A stretch of DNA of 64,000 nucleotides from Chrysomallon squamiferum. Its lineage: Eukaryota > Animalia > Mollusca. Positions 39,441-54,343 of the stretch are shown here, piece by piece (within the stretch, counting starts at the first letter, position 1; each line of letters opens with the position of its first letter). Below the pieces are notes generated by a model that did not search any database, was not told where the DNA came from, and saw only the letters and a program-made list of their open reading frames with translations. The stretch is taken from contig CM022671.1 in assembly GCA_012295275.1 (NCBI GenBank), positions 17,484,001-17,548,000 of the forward strand, given 5' to 3'. The translations under genes were made by a program, and so were the position numbers.

Positions 39441-42400
39441 ATTCTACACAAATAATCCCTATTGTATTAAAATAATTAACACATTTGATAAACTCCAGGG
39501 CTACATCATTTGCAGACGTATATAATAGCCTACAGATTTGATTCGATGTGTTTTTCAAACTGTTGTCGTGAATTGATGGTATTTAAATACGAGTACGTGG
39601 TCTGTCGCTGAGATTATAAACAGACCGCCCGGGGCCAGTGCATAAGAACAATTCATTAGCGTAATTTTATACGCAGACAGCGGTCTAAGTGATAAAATAT
39701 TGGTATATGTGTAGCGTTTCCTATCTCTGATAGTGTATTGATTAGCAATTTTGTCTCTGTAGCAGCTTCTATTTTAAAATGATGCATACTAGTATGCAGA
39801 CATTAAAAAGCCTGTCGAATGAACAGTTATTCTGATACTAACAGTTATTAACTGTTAAGTATGCATTCATTTTTTTTTTTTTTTTAAGGTTTTATAGTAA
39901 TGATATGAGAGAAAGAGAGAGCAGACCTGGATTTTGTTTTGGTTCTTTTTTTACCCATCACAGATTACTCAAAGCTTTTAGCATGGAACTAATTTTTTTA
40001 ATGAAATTTCTCATAGACAGAAAATATTTTGGGGAAAGAAATAATCGCATTGGATTAATGACATTGATTTTGTATTGTAAAACTTATTCTTCCAAGTGTA
40101 TTAATTTGTGGGCCTAGTGTTACAGTAGTTGTTCTTTTTAATATTAAAATTCTTTTAAAGAAAATAAATATATTTTTTTTTAGAAATATATAATGCAGTT
40201 ATTTGTAAGATTAAAGATAAAAAAAATTCCCCTGACTTTATCTAAAATTTATATCAGTAAATGTATGACAGCTTTGTACATTATATTCTGAACATGATCT
40301 GTTTGAAAGTTTATATTACTGAGTTATTTTCAGTGATAAATGTAAATTGCTGGTTCCATGCTACAGTTGCCACTGTCAGTAACATGATTCCTAATGATGT
40401 TATGAGATAAATATTACTTGCATGTTTTAGTAAAATAGTTTATTACTTAGAAAAACACATACACGCGCACACACATCCACACACACACAATTAATTAATT
40501 AATTAATTTTAAAAAATCACGAAAAGAACCCCCCAATAATGACTTCAATTTCTTCTGCCGAGAAAGAGAAACAGTGAAAAAAAAAAAAAAAATGATGTTG
40601 AAAAAATACAGGATTCTCCAATAAACATTTTAAAAACATTTTTGATATTTTTAATTTTAAAAAACACCAGTTTATCTGTCAGCAAAATGAAGGCAAGCGA
40701 TTTGTTGAGGCAGGAGTAAAGACTGGTTCGGGTGACAGTAAATATCGTCAGTTTGAGGGAATAACACGTCAAGTTGATAGCAAAACTGCTGGTCTGGTTC
40801 ATTACGCTAAGAAATAAATGCATCAAGATTTACGGAGAACAAATTTTAATTTTTTTTTTTCTTCTTCCTAACGGAAAAACAAATTTAACGGTAAAAATTG
40901 ATAACTGAAACAAGAAGGCTAATGTTTTTTTTTTTTGTTTTGTTTTTTTTTTGTTGATTTTTGGGGTGTTTTTTTTTGGGGTGGGGGTGGGGGTTGGTGT
41001 ATTTTTTTAAAACTACGTTTCAAGAGCAAATTATTCTGTCTGTTACGCGATATTTTTAGTAAATAACGTTTTACGTAATGTGTTTCAGTTCTGATTTTAT
41101 GAAATAACTTCTTTTTTTTTTTTTTTTTTTTCAGTCCTTTCACAGTAAGATCGAAAGTATTGACAAGTTTGGCGCACAGACATTTATTTTTATTCATATG
41201 TGTTATACATCTAATTCTATTATGTTTTTTATCTCTGACAAAGTTAAGAGACACCTGACACGGAAAATGTTATTATGTTATTTATACATTTTATTTTTAA
41301 CATTTAGTAACTCAAGAGGAATAATATAACCAAAAAATCATCTATTTTAATTTAAATAAATTTGGCACAATATTATTTTCTATTCCAGTTCTATAGCTTC
41401 TCTTGAAAATTCAATTTTGAAATACAGATGGTGAAAAGTTTGCTTAATCAATATTTATTTATTCTTTTGGAGTCGGCCAGCGAATCTTATAATCTACTGA
41501 ATATTAAAAACGGAGTATTGAAAGAAATGATATTGAAACTGATGTCGTCAGCGGAACTGTCTGTAATCTGTTTGTACGTATCGTCGTCCAATGCTTGATC
41601 AACAGCGCTAAAATGTAAAATTCACACTGACGTTGAAATTCCAGTGCGGGTTTGATAAGTCTGGTGTAGAAAGAACTAGGCTTCCTGAAAAAGCTGAGAA
41701 TGACGGAAAGTACGAGAGAGTGTACAGTAACACAGCGACCTCAGACTCCGAGGACAGCGGCTGATTACAAAGTAGATTACAGGCAAAGACTGTCTTCCAA
41801 CATTAAATTACTTTTTTCTTTCATCTTAAAAGTCCATGGTTTGTTTGGGGTTTTTGTTTGTGTTTTTTTTTCCCCGTAGGGATGTGCATATTACATACAG
41901 ATTCCCTTGGTGGACTGGCATTTAATGCAGATATGCAACAGGTTTGTTTGAAAATTACAAGTCAGAGTAATGTAATGTTTAAAATTAAAATAGTAGACAA
42001 GATAAAATTACTGAACGTGTTTAAAATTATTATTATGATGGACTACAAGTTAAGTAATAAATGAATTTTTATTTCAGAAATAACTGAACCATAACAATCA
42101 TGGTGACACCGGACAGCACTTTAGGTATAATTTGTGAGAGACATTAAATACCTATTTTTTAAATGAAACATTAATTTAATTACGCTTAATAATGGAATGA
42201 TGAAGGAAACTCAAGCAGTATAGATTTATTTGTTCCTGATCAATACTGATAAAACTGGTTTTAAAACAGTGTCCTTAAAAGGCATACAGGTAATCACACG
42301 AACAAAAACAAACACTCAAACACGCACTTGTACATAAAAGCGAACGTACTTAAATATATCGACCACTATCCATACAGTGATGTGTTTAGAAACTGTACAA

Positions 42401-43242
42401 ATACACGTGAATGACGTTTGTCCTGATCATACCATTCAGAAAGTTACGCTAGCATGCAATTTTATTTTTAACCGAATTCTTCACAAATAAAATTCTGTGA
42501 TTTGAAGCGAAATAAAATTAACCTAATTGACTGTGAAAGTTCTTTAAGCCATCGTTTGATTAATACAAAACATCCATATGAATCGGTTTAATTTCTGCTA
42601 TCTTAGTAGCTGGATTTAATGAAGTGATGGGAGGTTTCTGGAACAGAAAACGACTAAACGAAAACAAAAATAAAAAAAACTCTTTCAGTCAATACTTTCA
42701 CACGAACTGACGAATATCGAAAGACGTTATTCCAAAAAAAAAATTAAATTATTTTTTAAAAAATCCTGTCTGAATCGGACTTATTTAACAGGATTTTGTA
42801 AGTTTTCACATAAGTAAAGTGGAATGTTTTCCCTCTCGAATGATTAATCATGTACAAAGTGATAACACGACCTGACATATTAGCTGAGAAGTGATGTGGT
42901 AATTGCCTGACATTTGAACCATGGCTGGTCTATAGATTCTATACTTGTCTTTGAGTGTCCGCTATTACTCAGCAGTCATTAGGTCAATTCATTTTTTGGT
43001 TCTTCGTACAGCAAACATTTCAACTCGGAAGTCTGTGTCTGATGTTAGTGCAAGTGTACTTTACCATAGTGTCGCAGGTTGATTTTATACTTTTATTGTT
43101 TTCTCTATCAAGGTTTATAAATTATCGACAATAGGCCATAATTATATTTGCAGCGTAACTTAACAGATTTAATTTAATCTGAACAATTATATATACAGAT
43201 ACATACATACAATGATATTTTGCTTGAATTCATGTCGTCAGT

Positions 43243-43291
<49 letters not shown>

Positions 43292-43303
43292 CTCTTTCTC
43301 TCT

Positions 43304-43372
<69 letters not shown>

Positions 43373-43927
43373 AACACACATCTATCTACCCAAACACTCA
43401 TACGAAAACATACAAACATGTATTAATTCATTAAACTGTATTAAAAGATAAAATAAATAAAAAAACAGTGGGCGAAGTTTAATTGCTGTTTCCTCTAGAT
43501 ACTTTTCCTTTTTCTTCTTCTTCTTCTTCTTCTTTTCCTCCTTTTATAAATCTTGTTTTAAAGTGTCATACAACCATAAAACAGAAAATCAATACGCTCC
43601 ACTTTTAGACATTTTATTAATTCCTTAAAATTGTAAAATAACAATGATCACCATTAGTAACCAAGCAGGGTTCTATGGCAGAGAAAAACGAAGAACGGTG
43701 TAGGAGCTAGGTAGAAAGTGTCGGTAGCGAAATGTATGATTTGTAATCGATACAAAAAGACAAGTTTATAACAAACATTACACATGTACGTGAACACACC
43801 TCTCTATAATAGTCATTTCGTAAACCCGGGTGGTAAAAATTTCAAAGAGAAAAATGGCGAGAAGATGGTGAAGTTTCAATATTATTATGGTGTGCAAGAA
43901 CGTGAATTCTATGTTACAGTGTGCAAG

Positions 43928-43964
<37 letters not shown>

Positions 43965-44045
43965 ATTTTCAACGAAAGGTAGTAGTAACAAGGGCCGAGG
44001 AAGGAACGGAAAATTTCGGTTTATTAAGGAATGTTAATAACACAG

Positions 44046-44091
<46 letters not shown>

Positions 44092-44766
44092 GATTCTGTA
44101 TAAAGGTTTATATTATTTATTAAAAAACATATTTTTTGAAAGATAACTGTAGTATTTTTGAAAAAAAAAAATCTTTTCCATTTTTCACCAGGTAATATAT
44201 AAATTTCAGGTAGCTAAAAGAATAAGTAACTTTACGTTAGTTCTTAATTATATAAATTTAATTTAATTTAATTTATTTATTTATTTATAAAATATATATT
44301 TGTTATTAAACCAATACTCATTAAAATTGACATCAAAATAATATAAAACAGAAATATTACTATATAATGATATTTAAAAAAAAAAAAATGATTATCTCTC
44401 TTATTTACGTACAGGTAAATAAATTATTATTTTAATAAGGACAAGAGGTCAAACACTATTTCACGACTACGGCAGGTCACGTGAATCATACGTCATAGGA
44501 CTTCATTTGCATTAGAGACATTACGTCTTTTTCTTAGTTAATTTGCTCTCCGTGTTATATAATCTTTACATATCACATTACATTTCATATAATTATCATA
44601 TACAAAGTGTTAGATATTTGGACCTGGAAAAAATTAAAATAGTCTTAAAAATAAATAAATGAAAGTAACAGAAACGGAAAGGACAATAAATATATTAAAT
44701 AATTTAGGAAACAAACTAAATTCTTAACAAGCCTCCACTATGGAGGTAGAACGGGAAAATAAATGA

Positions 44767-44820
<54 letters not shown>

Positions 44821-45536
44821 GTAACAAACGAAAATAAAGTGGACGTGTTTCATGGCTCACAAACACGCTGAACAAAAAGTCCAAAAAAAAAAAAAAAAAA
44901 AAAAATACTTTCACAAAATAAACACAGAAAATAAACTTTCCAACACATCATGTATGAAACTGAAATTTTAAAATAAAATTAGTTTTTCTTTATGTTCGAA
45001 ATGTACATATATATATATATATTTTAGTATTTCAACATTCATCACAACTGAAGAACGGTGAAAGACGGACTGTATATTTTGCTATGACTGTTATGAAAAG
45101 GAATAAATCAGGAGAGCCAGGAATATAACAATAAATATTTTCTTCTGATAACGATTTTACGACTGATTTTAATGACGTTCCTGATTTAGGGAACATTGCA
45201 TATCTTCTAAATCAGTAATAGAATAAATTTAATACTAGAAACTACAATGAATTTTTTTATATATATACGTCATATCAGCACCTCTCAATTGCAATAGTTG
45301 TTAAAACAAAGTAATTGTATTGTAATAGTTCGAAGAAAATATTTTACAAATCAGTCCTATATTTCTTAAATTCACCTTATTGATCTAACTGGATTTGTAT
45401 TTTATTCATGGAAAAAAAAAAATCATTATCTGTTATATAGCTTGAGTTTGAGAACTGTGGCATAATAATTTATGTTCATTGGGTTTGATCTTGATGGAGA
45501 TCGTAACTCCTTGAAGTAGACCGTAAGTTCAATGTG

Positions 45537-45659
<123 letters not shown>

Positions 45660-45721
45660 GTAATAATAATAAAAATAATAATATTATTAATAATATCTTA
45701 TAAAATTAATAAGTAAGTAAG

Positions 45722-45756
<35 letters not shown>

Positions 45757-46862
45757 AATAACAATAATAGATCAAACCAATCAAAGTTGCCTCCCTTGGA
45801 CCACTCTTTAACGTCTTTCTTTTATTTTTATTTTTTTTATTTTCCTTATCTTTTTTTTATAAAAGCAACATTTTGCTAGCCTCAGCTAAAGTTACGTGGA
45901 TGTAAAGTAGTTTACTAGTTAAAAATGTATTTTAAAAATGATTCTACGTTGGCATTACACTAAAAAAAGGTTCTAAACTGTGTAATCTAAACTGTGGAAT
46001 ATTCAGAAATAGAAAAGAGATTTCGGCATCACGGTTGTTTGTCACTAACAACAGGGTAAAGCAAGGGATGAAGTAAATAAATAAATAAATAAATAAAAAT
46101 GACACCGAATTCGTCTATTTGTAATATTAAAAGTTTGATAAATGTGAAAACCACATGCAAGACTGAGATCAGAATGGAAAAACACACACACGCACGCATA
46201 CGTAATTATGCTGATATGCTAAAGAGATGTTCAAATAAAAAATGAAAAATAAATACTATGTACAGAGAAAAAAAAACACATGAAGTTTAGAATTGAACAA
46301 ATATTAAACAATTGGAGCACAATAAAATGTCTTCTTTGCATCGTAGAACGCCCAGCCTGCATCTTTTAATTGTATATTTATTTATTTATTTATTTATACA
46401 TTTTTTTGTTTGTTTATTTATATATATATATGCACCCAGCCCTATTATGTTTGTTTAATTATATTTGAAAAATGTTTATAACATACTCTTGGAAGAAAAA
46501 AATAAAAAAATAAAAAAATAAAACAAAAAATGACTTTATCAAGGAGGTTAGTTTACAGATATTAATCTTTCTATAACCAGATCGAATTTGGGGAGACAAA
46601 TCGCCTGATTCAGTATCATTTCTCACTTTCTGAAAAAACTCACCCCGAATCAGATGCCATTAAATTACAGTTGCTTCTGGGTAATAAAATAATTCCTGTT
46701 ATCTGTTGTTTTTGTGTACGTGTGTTCTATTTTTATTTTATTTTATTTATTTATTTATTTTTATTGTTATATATTGTGAATCATCAATTTATAACGTCGT
46801 ACAAAAATCTTTGAAAAAAAAAGACATTATTAAATATTTATTTATTGCTAAATTTGATTGAT

Positions 46863-46913
<51 letters not shown>

Positions 46914-47370
46914 TAATTAATTAATTAATTAATTAACTTAAGGTTTGGTGAAATATTTATAATTCATTAAAAGATTTATGAAATAATTAGTACTTGAATA
47001 TAATGGCTTTTAGTTGGTCCTTTCTGGAACTTTTGCTTGTTTGTCGACAAATGTTTTCTGTTTTTTATCTTTTCTTTTCTAAATGAAAATAATGTTTTTA
47101 AAGTATTATCATCGATGTCAAAAAGCCAGGCATGATTTGTTCGTTGATTGGAATAAACATCAAAGTTTTGTCTGTTAATATAAATTATTATTTAGTGTAA
47201 AACTATATTTAATGTTAAAAAAGAACTAAACATAATTATTCGAAAGCAGAAATGTTTAACAATCGTTGCTTGATAAATTTGCATTGTTATACTGTAATAT
47301 TTGCTAAACCTCGTAATTATTATACCTGAATATGGACTGAGGGAATAATAATAATAATAATAATAATAGA

Positions 47371-47404
<34 letters not shown>

Positions 47405-47835
47405 GTAATTGTAAGAACAGTAATAATAATAATAGTAGTAATAATAACAATACTACTACTACTACTACTAATAATAATAATAATAATAACAGTAATAATA
47501 ATAGTAATAGTAATGATAATAATAAATTCAGTTTGAAAGTTTGTATTTATGTTCAGATGACAAATCATCCAGTAGAAATTATTTTCAAAACTGTTTTGAA
47601 AAAGACAAATTCTGCTATTTCTCTTGTTGATAAAAAAAAAAAAAAAAGGAGAGAAATTTAATTCAGTGGGTGATAAATATTGCCTGTTACATTACACAGT
47701 TGTACCGAAGGCGTTAGAGTAAAAATGAACTATCTAATTACCGAAAAATAAAAAAAAAAATCTGTGTGTAGTATGGCACTGGTAATAGTATTGATTGATT
47801 GTGAAAAACTAGAAGTAATAGATTACTACATTGAA

Positions 47836-47869
<34 letters not shown>

Positions 47870-48563
47870 ATGATGTCGATAGAGTTTTTATAAATATTAA
47901 TTTAAAAGATTTATTTAAAAAGATAAATGAAAAAAAAAAAAAAAAAAAACAATTCCAAATAATATCTATATTCGAAATATCGTAAGAAAAAAAAAAAAAT
48001 GATTTACATAAATGATGTAGAATATACAGGCCTAGAGTCTTTTTCTTCTTTTTTTTCTTCCTATTTTTTTTTTTTTTTTCAGTAAGCAAAATTTAATTTT
48101 TTCATACAATCTGGGTGCATTTCCGTAAACAGTTTATAAAGAAAGTGCAGGAGAGTAGGTGCAAATGTACCATTAAAAAAAAAAAAAAAAATTAAAAAAT
48201 AACCCGCCAATGTCATTCATGATAACCAAGAACACACCACAAATTAATAATAAACGTCACTGTAGTTGGTAAAGAACAAATGAAATGTTTAAACTGTTTT
48301 AATTACATCCACTTCACGAAGTCCGTGTGAGCAAAACCAGGAGAAGTGTTAGGAAGTGAGTACGTCAGTTTCTATACACAACGTCAGCCACACTGTCTCC
48401 GACTTCATGTACATCGGTGGCGACATTCGAATAATCCGCTGAAACCTTCAATTATTAAGTCATCATTTGACGTCATAGCTCTATAAATAACTTAAGAATT
48501 CCTCTTCGGACTGCGTAAAATAAAACGCCTCAGCGGTCTCTTAATAAACTTTCTTTCTTGCAC

Positions 48564-48594
<31 letters not shown>

Positions 48595-48935
48595 CAGTTA
48601 TACAGTTATATTATTCACTCCTTTAGCACCCTTTCATGGGCCAAATATATTATTGAAAAAAGAGAAACAAACAAACAAACAAACAAACAAAAAAAAGATG
48701 TAAACTCCACATTATGTACACATTTTTTCCAAAATAAAAGAAATAAACCGTACGAAGATCGCCGCACACTCTTTGGAAATTCTGGCAAATTGTGCTAATA
48801 CCGGTGAGAAAGAAAAAATTAATTTCATTGGTAATTTTTTAAAAAACTGTTGTTGGTTTTATAAATTATATAATATATATATATATGTATATGTACATAT
48901 ATATATATGTAATTATAATAATTATATACAATCGT

Positions 48936-48971
<36 letters not shown>

Positions 48972-49511
48972 CGGAAAAAAGTCACAGAACAATACAAAAT
49001 GCCTTCTTCCTGTTTCACAACCATTTATACATGTGCTTTGAGAGAAAACACCAGTCAAATTCGTTAACAACACAAACAAACAGACACACACGGAATCGGA
49101 TCACAGTCGATAACCCACGAAGCCTTTTTATCATATAACACGCCATTTTTAAATAGATAACTTTCGCATAATCTGCGCATACTCAGTCACGGAACATAAA
49201 AAAAATAAAAAATAAAAATAAATAAATAAATAAATAAAAATAAGATAAAAATAAAAATAAAAATAAAAATAATAAAAATAAATAAAAATAATAATAATAA
49301 AAGAAAAACAAAATATCTCGAAGAATAAATTGCACAACAGTAGTTGAAATAGTCTTGCAAGTAATTCCAACAACGTGCCAGTTAAAAACGTAATACAGAT
49401 AATTAATTATTTCGTAAAAACACTACAGCTACACGGGTAAAATGAAAAACAACAACAACATCAACGTCAACATCAACATCAACAACAACAACAACAACAG
49501 TCCCAATGCTG

Positions 49512-49793
49512 TTATAACGTGGATATCCGTACAACGCCTTGGTTTTGTGAATGACTGGAGGGGGACATTGTTCCACTGGTACTCTGCGTGCGCAGAGATT
49601 CCGATTCGGTCTCTGAGGTTGTGCTGGGTGTCGGAAGCGTAACAATGGCTGTTGTCACAGTGAGTGTATTGTTCGTTTTGTGACTGTCAACGGCGTTGAG
49701 ACTTGATCCCGATGATCGTTTAAGTCTGGGAAGCCGAATTTGGATATCGTTTAACTCTTCGGATTCACGTTCATGTCGACCCTGTGTTCGATC
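49512..49793 (-). CDS. Shal: Shal last coding exon ending in class I PDZ ligand ISTL
   Basis: tttcag|GAT CGA...; EELNDIQI...SSLNA...[11 protein letters not shown]...VVRISTL-TAA resembles the Kv4 tail (SSLNA, TTAIISIPTP, VVRVSAL). Confidence 0.9.
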   Translation of the reverse strand, partial: DRTQGRHERESEELNDIQIRLPRLKRSSGSSLNAVDSHKTNNTLTVTTAIVTLPTPSTTSETESESLRTQSTSGTMSPSSHSQNQGVVRISTL

Positions 49794-51119
49794 CTGAAAG
49801 AAATCAGTTAGTGTGTGTGATGAAAACCAGAAATAAAAAAAAAAAAAAAAAAACGAAATGTAGTGTAGTAAATCAGTTGTATCTGTTTGCAGCTTGCAAT
49901 TTTCATAGAATAAGCAGAAAGTGAGCAATGCAAGTACAATTCGCGCGAATGCGTTCTTTTTATTTAATTAAGCTTGAACAATATATATATATATAAATAA
50001 CGTAATAAAAAGCAAGAAAAATAAATGATGAGTTCAATATATGAGCTTTAAACGAAATTAAAAAAATAAATACATACAAATAAAGATAAATATTTAAATA
50101 AAACTGAATAAATAAATCAATAAATAATTTAAAAAAATGATAAATTTGAGTTATAAACTGGACATCCCGACAATTTCAAAACGTTTTTAAAAAAAAAAAA
50201 AAAAAAATGGTGTAATTTTATTTAGATAATTTTCTTTAAATTATAAGGGATTCAAGATGATTTCATGTAATAATTTGATAAAAAAAAAAAAAAAAAAAAA
50301 AAAATTGACAATAATATAATATAATATAATATGAGATAAACATGAAAGAAAGCAAAAACTAATAAAATGTAGTTAAAATATATAACTTGGTAACTTACAT
50401 CCTTCGGAAATGAAAGCTGTCTTATTCATACATGTACGCGTACTAATATTTTACTACATACTAGCGTATACTAATGACAATACCAAGCCACTAACAGCTA
50501 CAACGAAGTACAGACAACTTACAAACATTTCACATCCACGTAATGAACGCTTTATGTCAAACAAACATTCTAAAGTTGATGTATTAAAAAAAAAAAAAAA
50601 AAAAACACGCTATCGTTATTTAATCAAAATGGTTCCGAATGGGTGTGGTTTTGTTCTTATTTTTATTTTATTTTTAAAGATAAATAAAACAATAAAAAAA
50701 AATTATTGATGTTAAACTTTGCATGTTTGCACGCTTTTTAAAAAAAAAAAAAAAAAAAAAAATTATTTTATTTCCCGAGAAAAATCGAGAGAACGAAAAC
50801 CACATTATGTCGAAAACACGACATTTTCAAATTTACTTTTTTAAAAAGAAATCTTCGAGGTGGTGAAAACCTGCTAGCACAACAGCCACTTTTCCTTCGC
50901 CTTTCAACGGACACTAGGGAGGGGTCGGGCGATGGAGGGGGTGTCTCGGATGGCTTGGTGGGCTCTCCGTTAAAGGTCATGTCCATCTCCAAGAATTCCC
51001 TATCCTGCGGGCACAGAAAATACACACATAAAACCTCCTGTCCAGATCTTAATTACTACTTTCTTTTTTTTTTTTATTATTATTATAATTTATTTCTTTG
51101 TTTTCTGTGATGAATACAG

Positions 51120-51163
<44 letters not shown>

Positions 51164-51802
51164 CATCATTATTATTATTCTAATAAATACTGATATTAAT
51201 TCGTCTATCGAGTTTAACTACTTTTATTTTTAGTTTATAAGTATTTAAAAAAAATGTTCTTCTAATGTTAGAAATATAAATTTCTCTTTTGAGTTTTAAT
51301 AATTATTAATTTTTTAAATTTTAATCATAAATGAATGTTTGTTATTGGTTTTTTTTTTTTTTTTTTTTTAAATATATATATTTTTTTTATTGTTATAACG
51401 GATACAACTATAAATTTCTGTTTTTATTTTTATTTTTATTTTTACTAATACAGATAAAGGTGTCTGTGTACAATTTTCTATTATTATTTAATTTAATTTT
51501 TTTTTTTTAAATAAATATAGATAAACAATTTTAACGTAATTTTAATTATTTATTATTTTATTTCTTTCTTTATTTATTTATAATTTTTTAATTATTAATA
51601 TTAAATACAAATACATATTTTTGTGGAGAAATTTAAAACTTATTTATTTTAATTTTTGTAATGTTTATATATTTATAGGTACTTTTATTTTAAGTTTTCA
51701 TAATTAACATTTATATAAATTCCTGTTTCTCATTTGAGTCATTAATTTTTTAATTCCAAACTGGGTATGAAGACGTTTGTTACCGTTTATTAATTAAAAC
51801 CT

Positions 51803-51834
<32 letters not shown>

Positions 51835-52238
51835 ATTAAATAATTTATGAGACTGACTCAGTACAGGATATATCCATTATGAAAAATTAAATTATTAATC
51901 AATTTTTTTTTTAATGCTTATATGGTGAAAATAATATTTTCTTTATAAAATATTAGCAAATCGAAATTCAAATTTAAAAACAAATAATAAAAAAATAAAA
52001 TAAAAAGTATTTTCATTTTATTTATTAATTTAATTTAATTTAATTTATCATTTTAATTAAAAATTAACCTATTACATTTTTTTTTAACTATTGATTTTTT
52101 TTTATTTAATTCTTTTTAATGAAGAAAAAATAAATTCTATACTGTATTTTATTATTGTTTATTTATTTATTTATTTATTACATTCTTTTAATAATTTATT
52201 TTATTTCATTATTATTACTATTACTATTATTATTATTA

Positions 52239-52279
<41 letters not shown>

Positions 52280-54311
52280 TTTATTTTTTTTTTTTTTTTT
52301 TTATTTTTTTTTTTTTTATTTATTTATTTTTTTTTTTTTTTTTTTTTATTTATTTAATTATTATTATTTTTTTTCATTATTGACGTAACTAAAAGTTGAA
52401 TTTAGTAGAAGCCACACTCTGGTTATAACTGAGTTTACAAAGTTCAAACAAGTGTGATATCTGCTAACTGGTGGACAATGCATCCTGTGATTTTTCTTTA
52501 ACGTGAAATTATTCACTTTCACATGCAGAAGGCCACACTCATAAATAATAATACAAAAAAAAAAAAAAAAAAAAAAAAATCACAAGACGAAAAACCGAAT
52601 CACCAAGACCATCATTTTGAAATGTCAACATTCTTCGAGCAAAATCCAGTGACAACAGAATGGAAACACATTCCTCAAAAAATCAGAATTAAAATGCGAA
52701 AAACGTGATATTCCAGAGTCAACAGTGAACTGACAAATGTGAGTGGCTCTACATGCATGGCAAACATTATATTTACAAAAAAAAAAAAAAAAAAATTATA
52801 TATATATAATTTGTAGAAATATGAAGTACCAGTATATTTACAGATATTACTTTTGTTTGAATTTTTTAAAGTCAGTTTTCATAAAAGATTTAAAAGGAAT
52901 TTTATTTCAAAAACCCCATAAATGGTAATTAGAAGATATAAAACAAATTTGCCACGTACGCCAGGGTAGGGCCGGTGGAGAGAGGGGGGGGGTCGGTGGG
53001 CGGGCGGACGGGCGGTTGGGCTGGCGGGCCTGGGTGGCATAAATATCTGTGAAAGAAATGTGACGAACCAGATGAAGTCAGATCTTTGTTCAGTTCAGTT
53101 TTAAAAACTCTAACGCAAATCGCACGCAACCAAAAACACAGCTCAGTATTGGTGGACTTTTAAAACATAAAAAGCAATAATTAAATATATACTAAGTACT
53201 CCGACTGAAAGCGAGCTGTGTTGTTTTGTTCTTGCGCATTGAATTATCCTAATTAAAGGAAAAAAAAAGTTGCTCGTTAGATGTTTTAAAATAACGTCCA
53301 CTTCTTAGATCTGACTTCCACTGATCGGAGAGTGCTGCAGAAATAACCTTCACCACTACTCGAAAAAAAAAAAAAAAAAAAAGTCTTCGCTTACCCTTCC
53401 CTGCATGCAGACATGCTTAGTACATCAACTGTTTAACAAAATGCACGTTTATCAAAAAAAATAATAATGAATATAATAATAATAATAATAATAACATCAC
53501 CAGTAATAATAACAGTACGTGTTATAATATAGTATTCCATGCAATGTATTAAGTTATCATCCGTTTACGTTTCTAAATCTACAACGGGGTGGGGGGTGGG
53601 GAAATAATGGCGACGTCTCGTTTCCTTTCTGTCAACTTTTCGTCTACAGTGGTGATCTTGTATTCATTCAGTTTGTTGATAATCACTATCTCTGTTGACA
53701 CTGTTGATTAAGATAGTTCATATATATATAAACTCCATTGTTGATAGCCGTTGTTATTATCAATAAAGGACATGAAATAAATAGATTGAGTTGTTGATAA
53801 CGAAAGCCGATGCTGTTGTTAAGGGTTATTATTCATAATTACATTCTCAACTCATGTTGTTGATTGATTAAGGATATAGTACATAAATAATTATATTCAT
53901 TTGTTAATAATAAAAGTTGACAATACATAAATATCTTCCGTTGATGTTAATCTTCTTGTTGCTGTTGATTAAGGATAGTACCCAAATATGTTGAGTTTGT
54001 TGATAATCATTGTTGAGGCTGTTGATTAAGGATAGTACCCAAATACGTTGAGTTTGTTGATAATCATTGTTGAGACTGTTGATAAAGCGTAGTAAATAGA
54101 CAAATATATATCACATGATAGGTAAAACAATGAAATGCTAATCTAACTGCTATGAGTAAAACGATCGCGCAAATTTTTGTCCTGATCGCACATGCAGATT
54201 GATTAGTAGATAAATAAAACAATATCTGTTATAATTTGTAAAACCCAACAAAAATGTCAAAGATAATTTATTAAAAAAAAGGTATTGAGCGCTAAATAAA
54301 TAGTTGATTAA

Positions 54312-54343
<32 letters not shown>

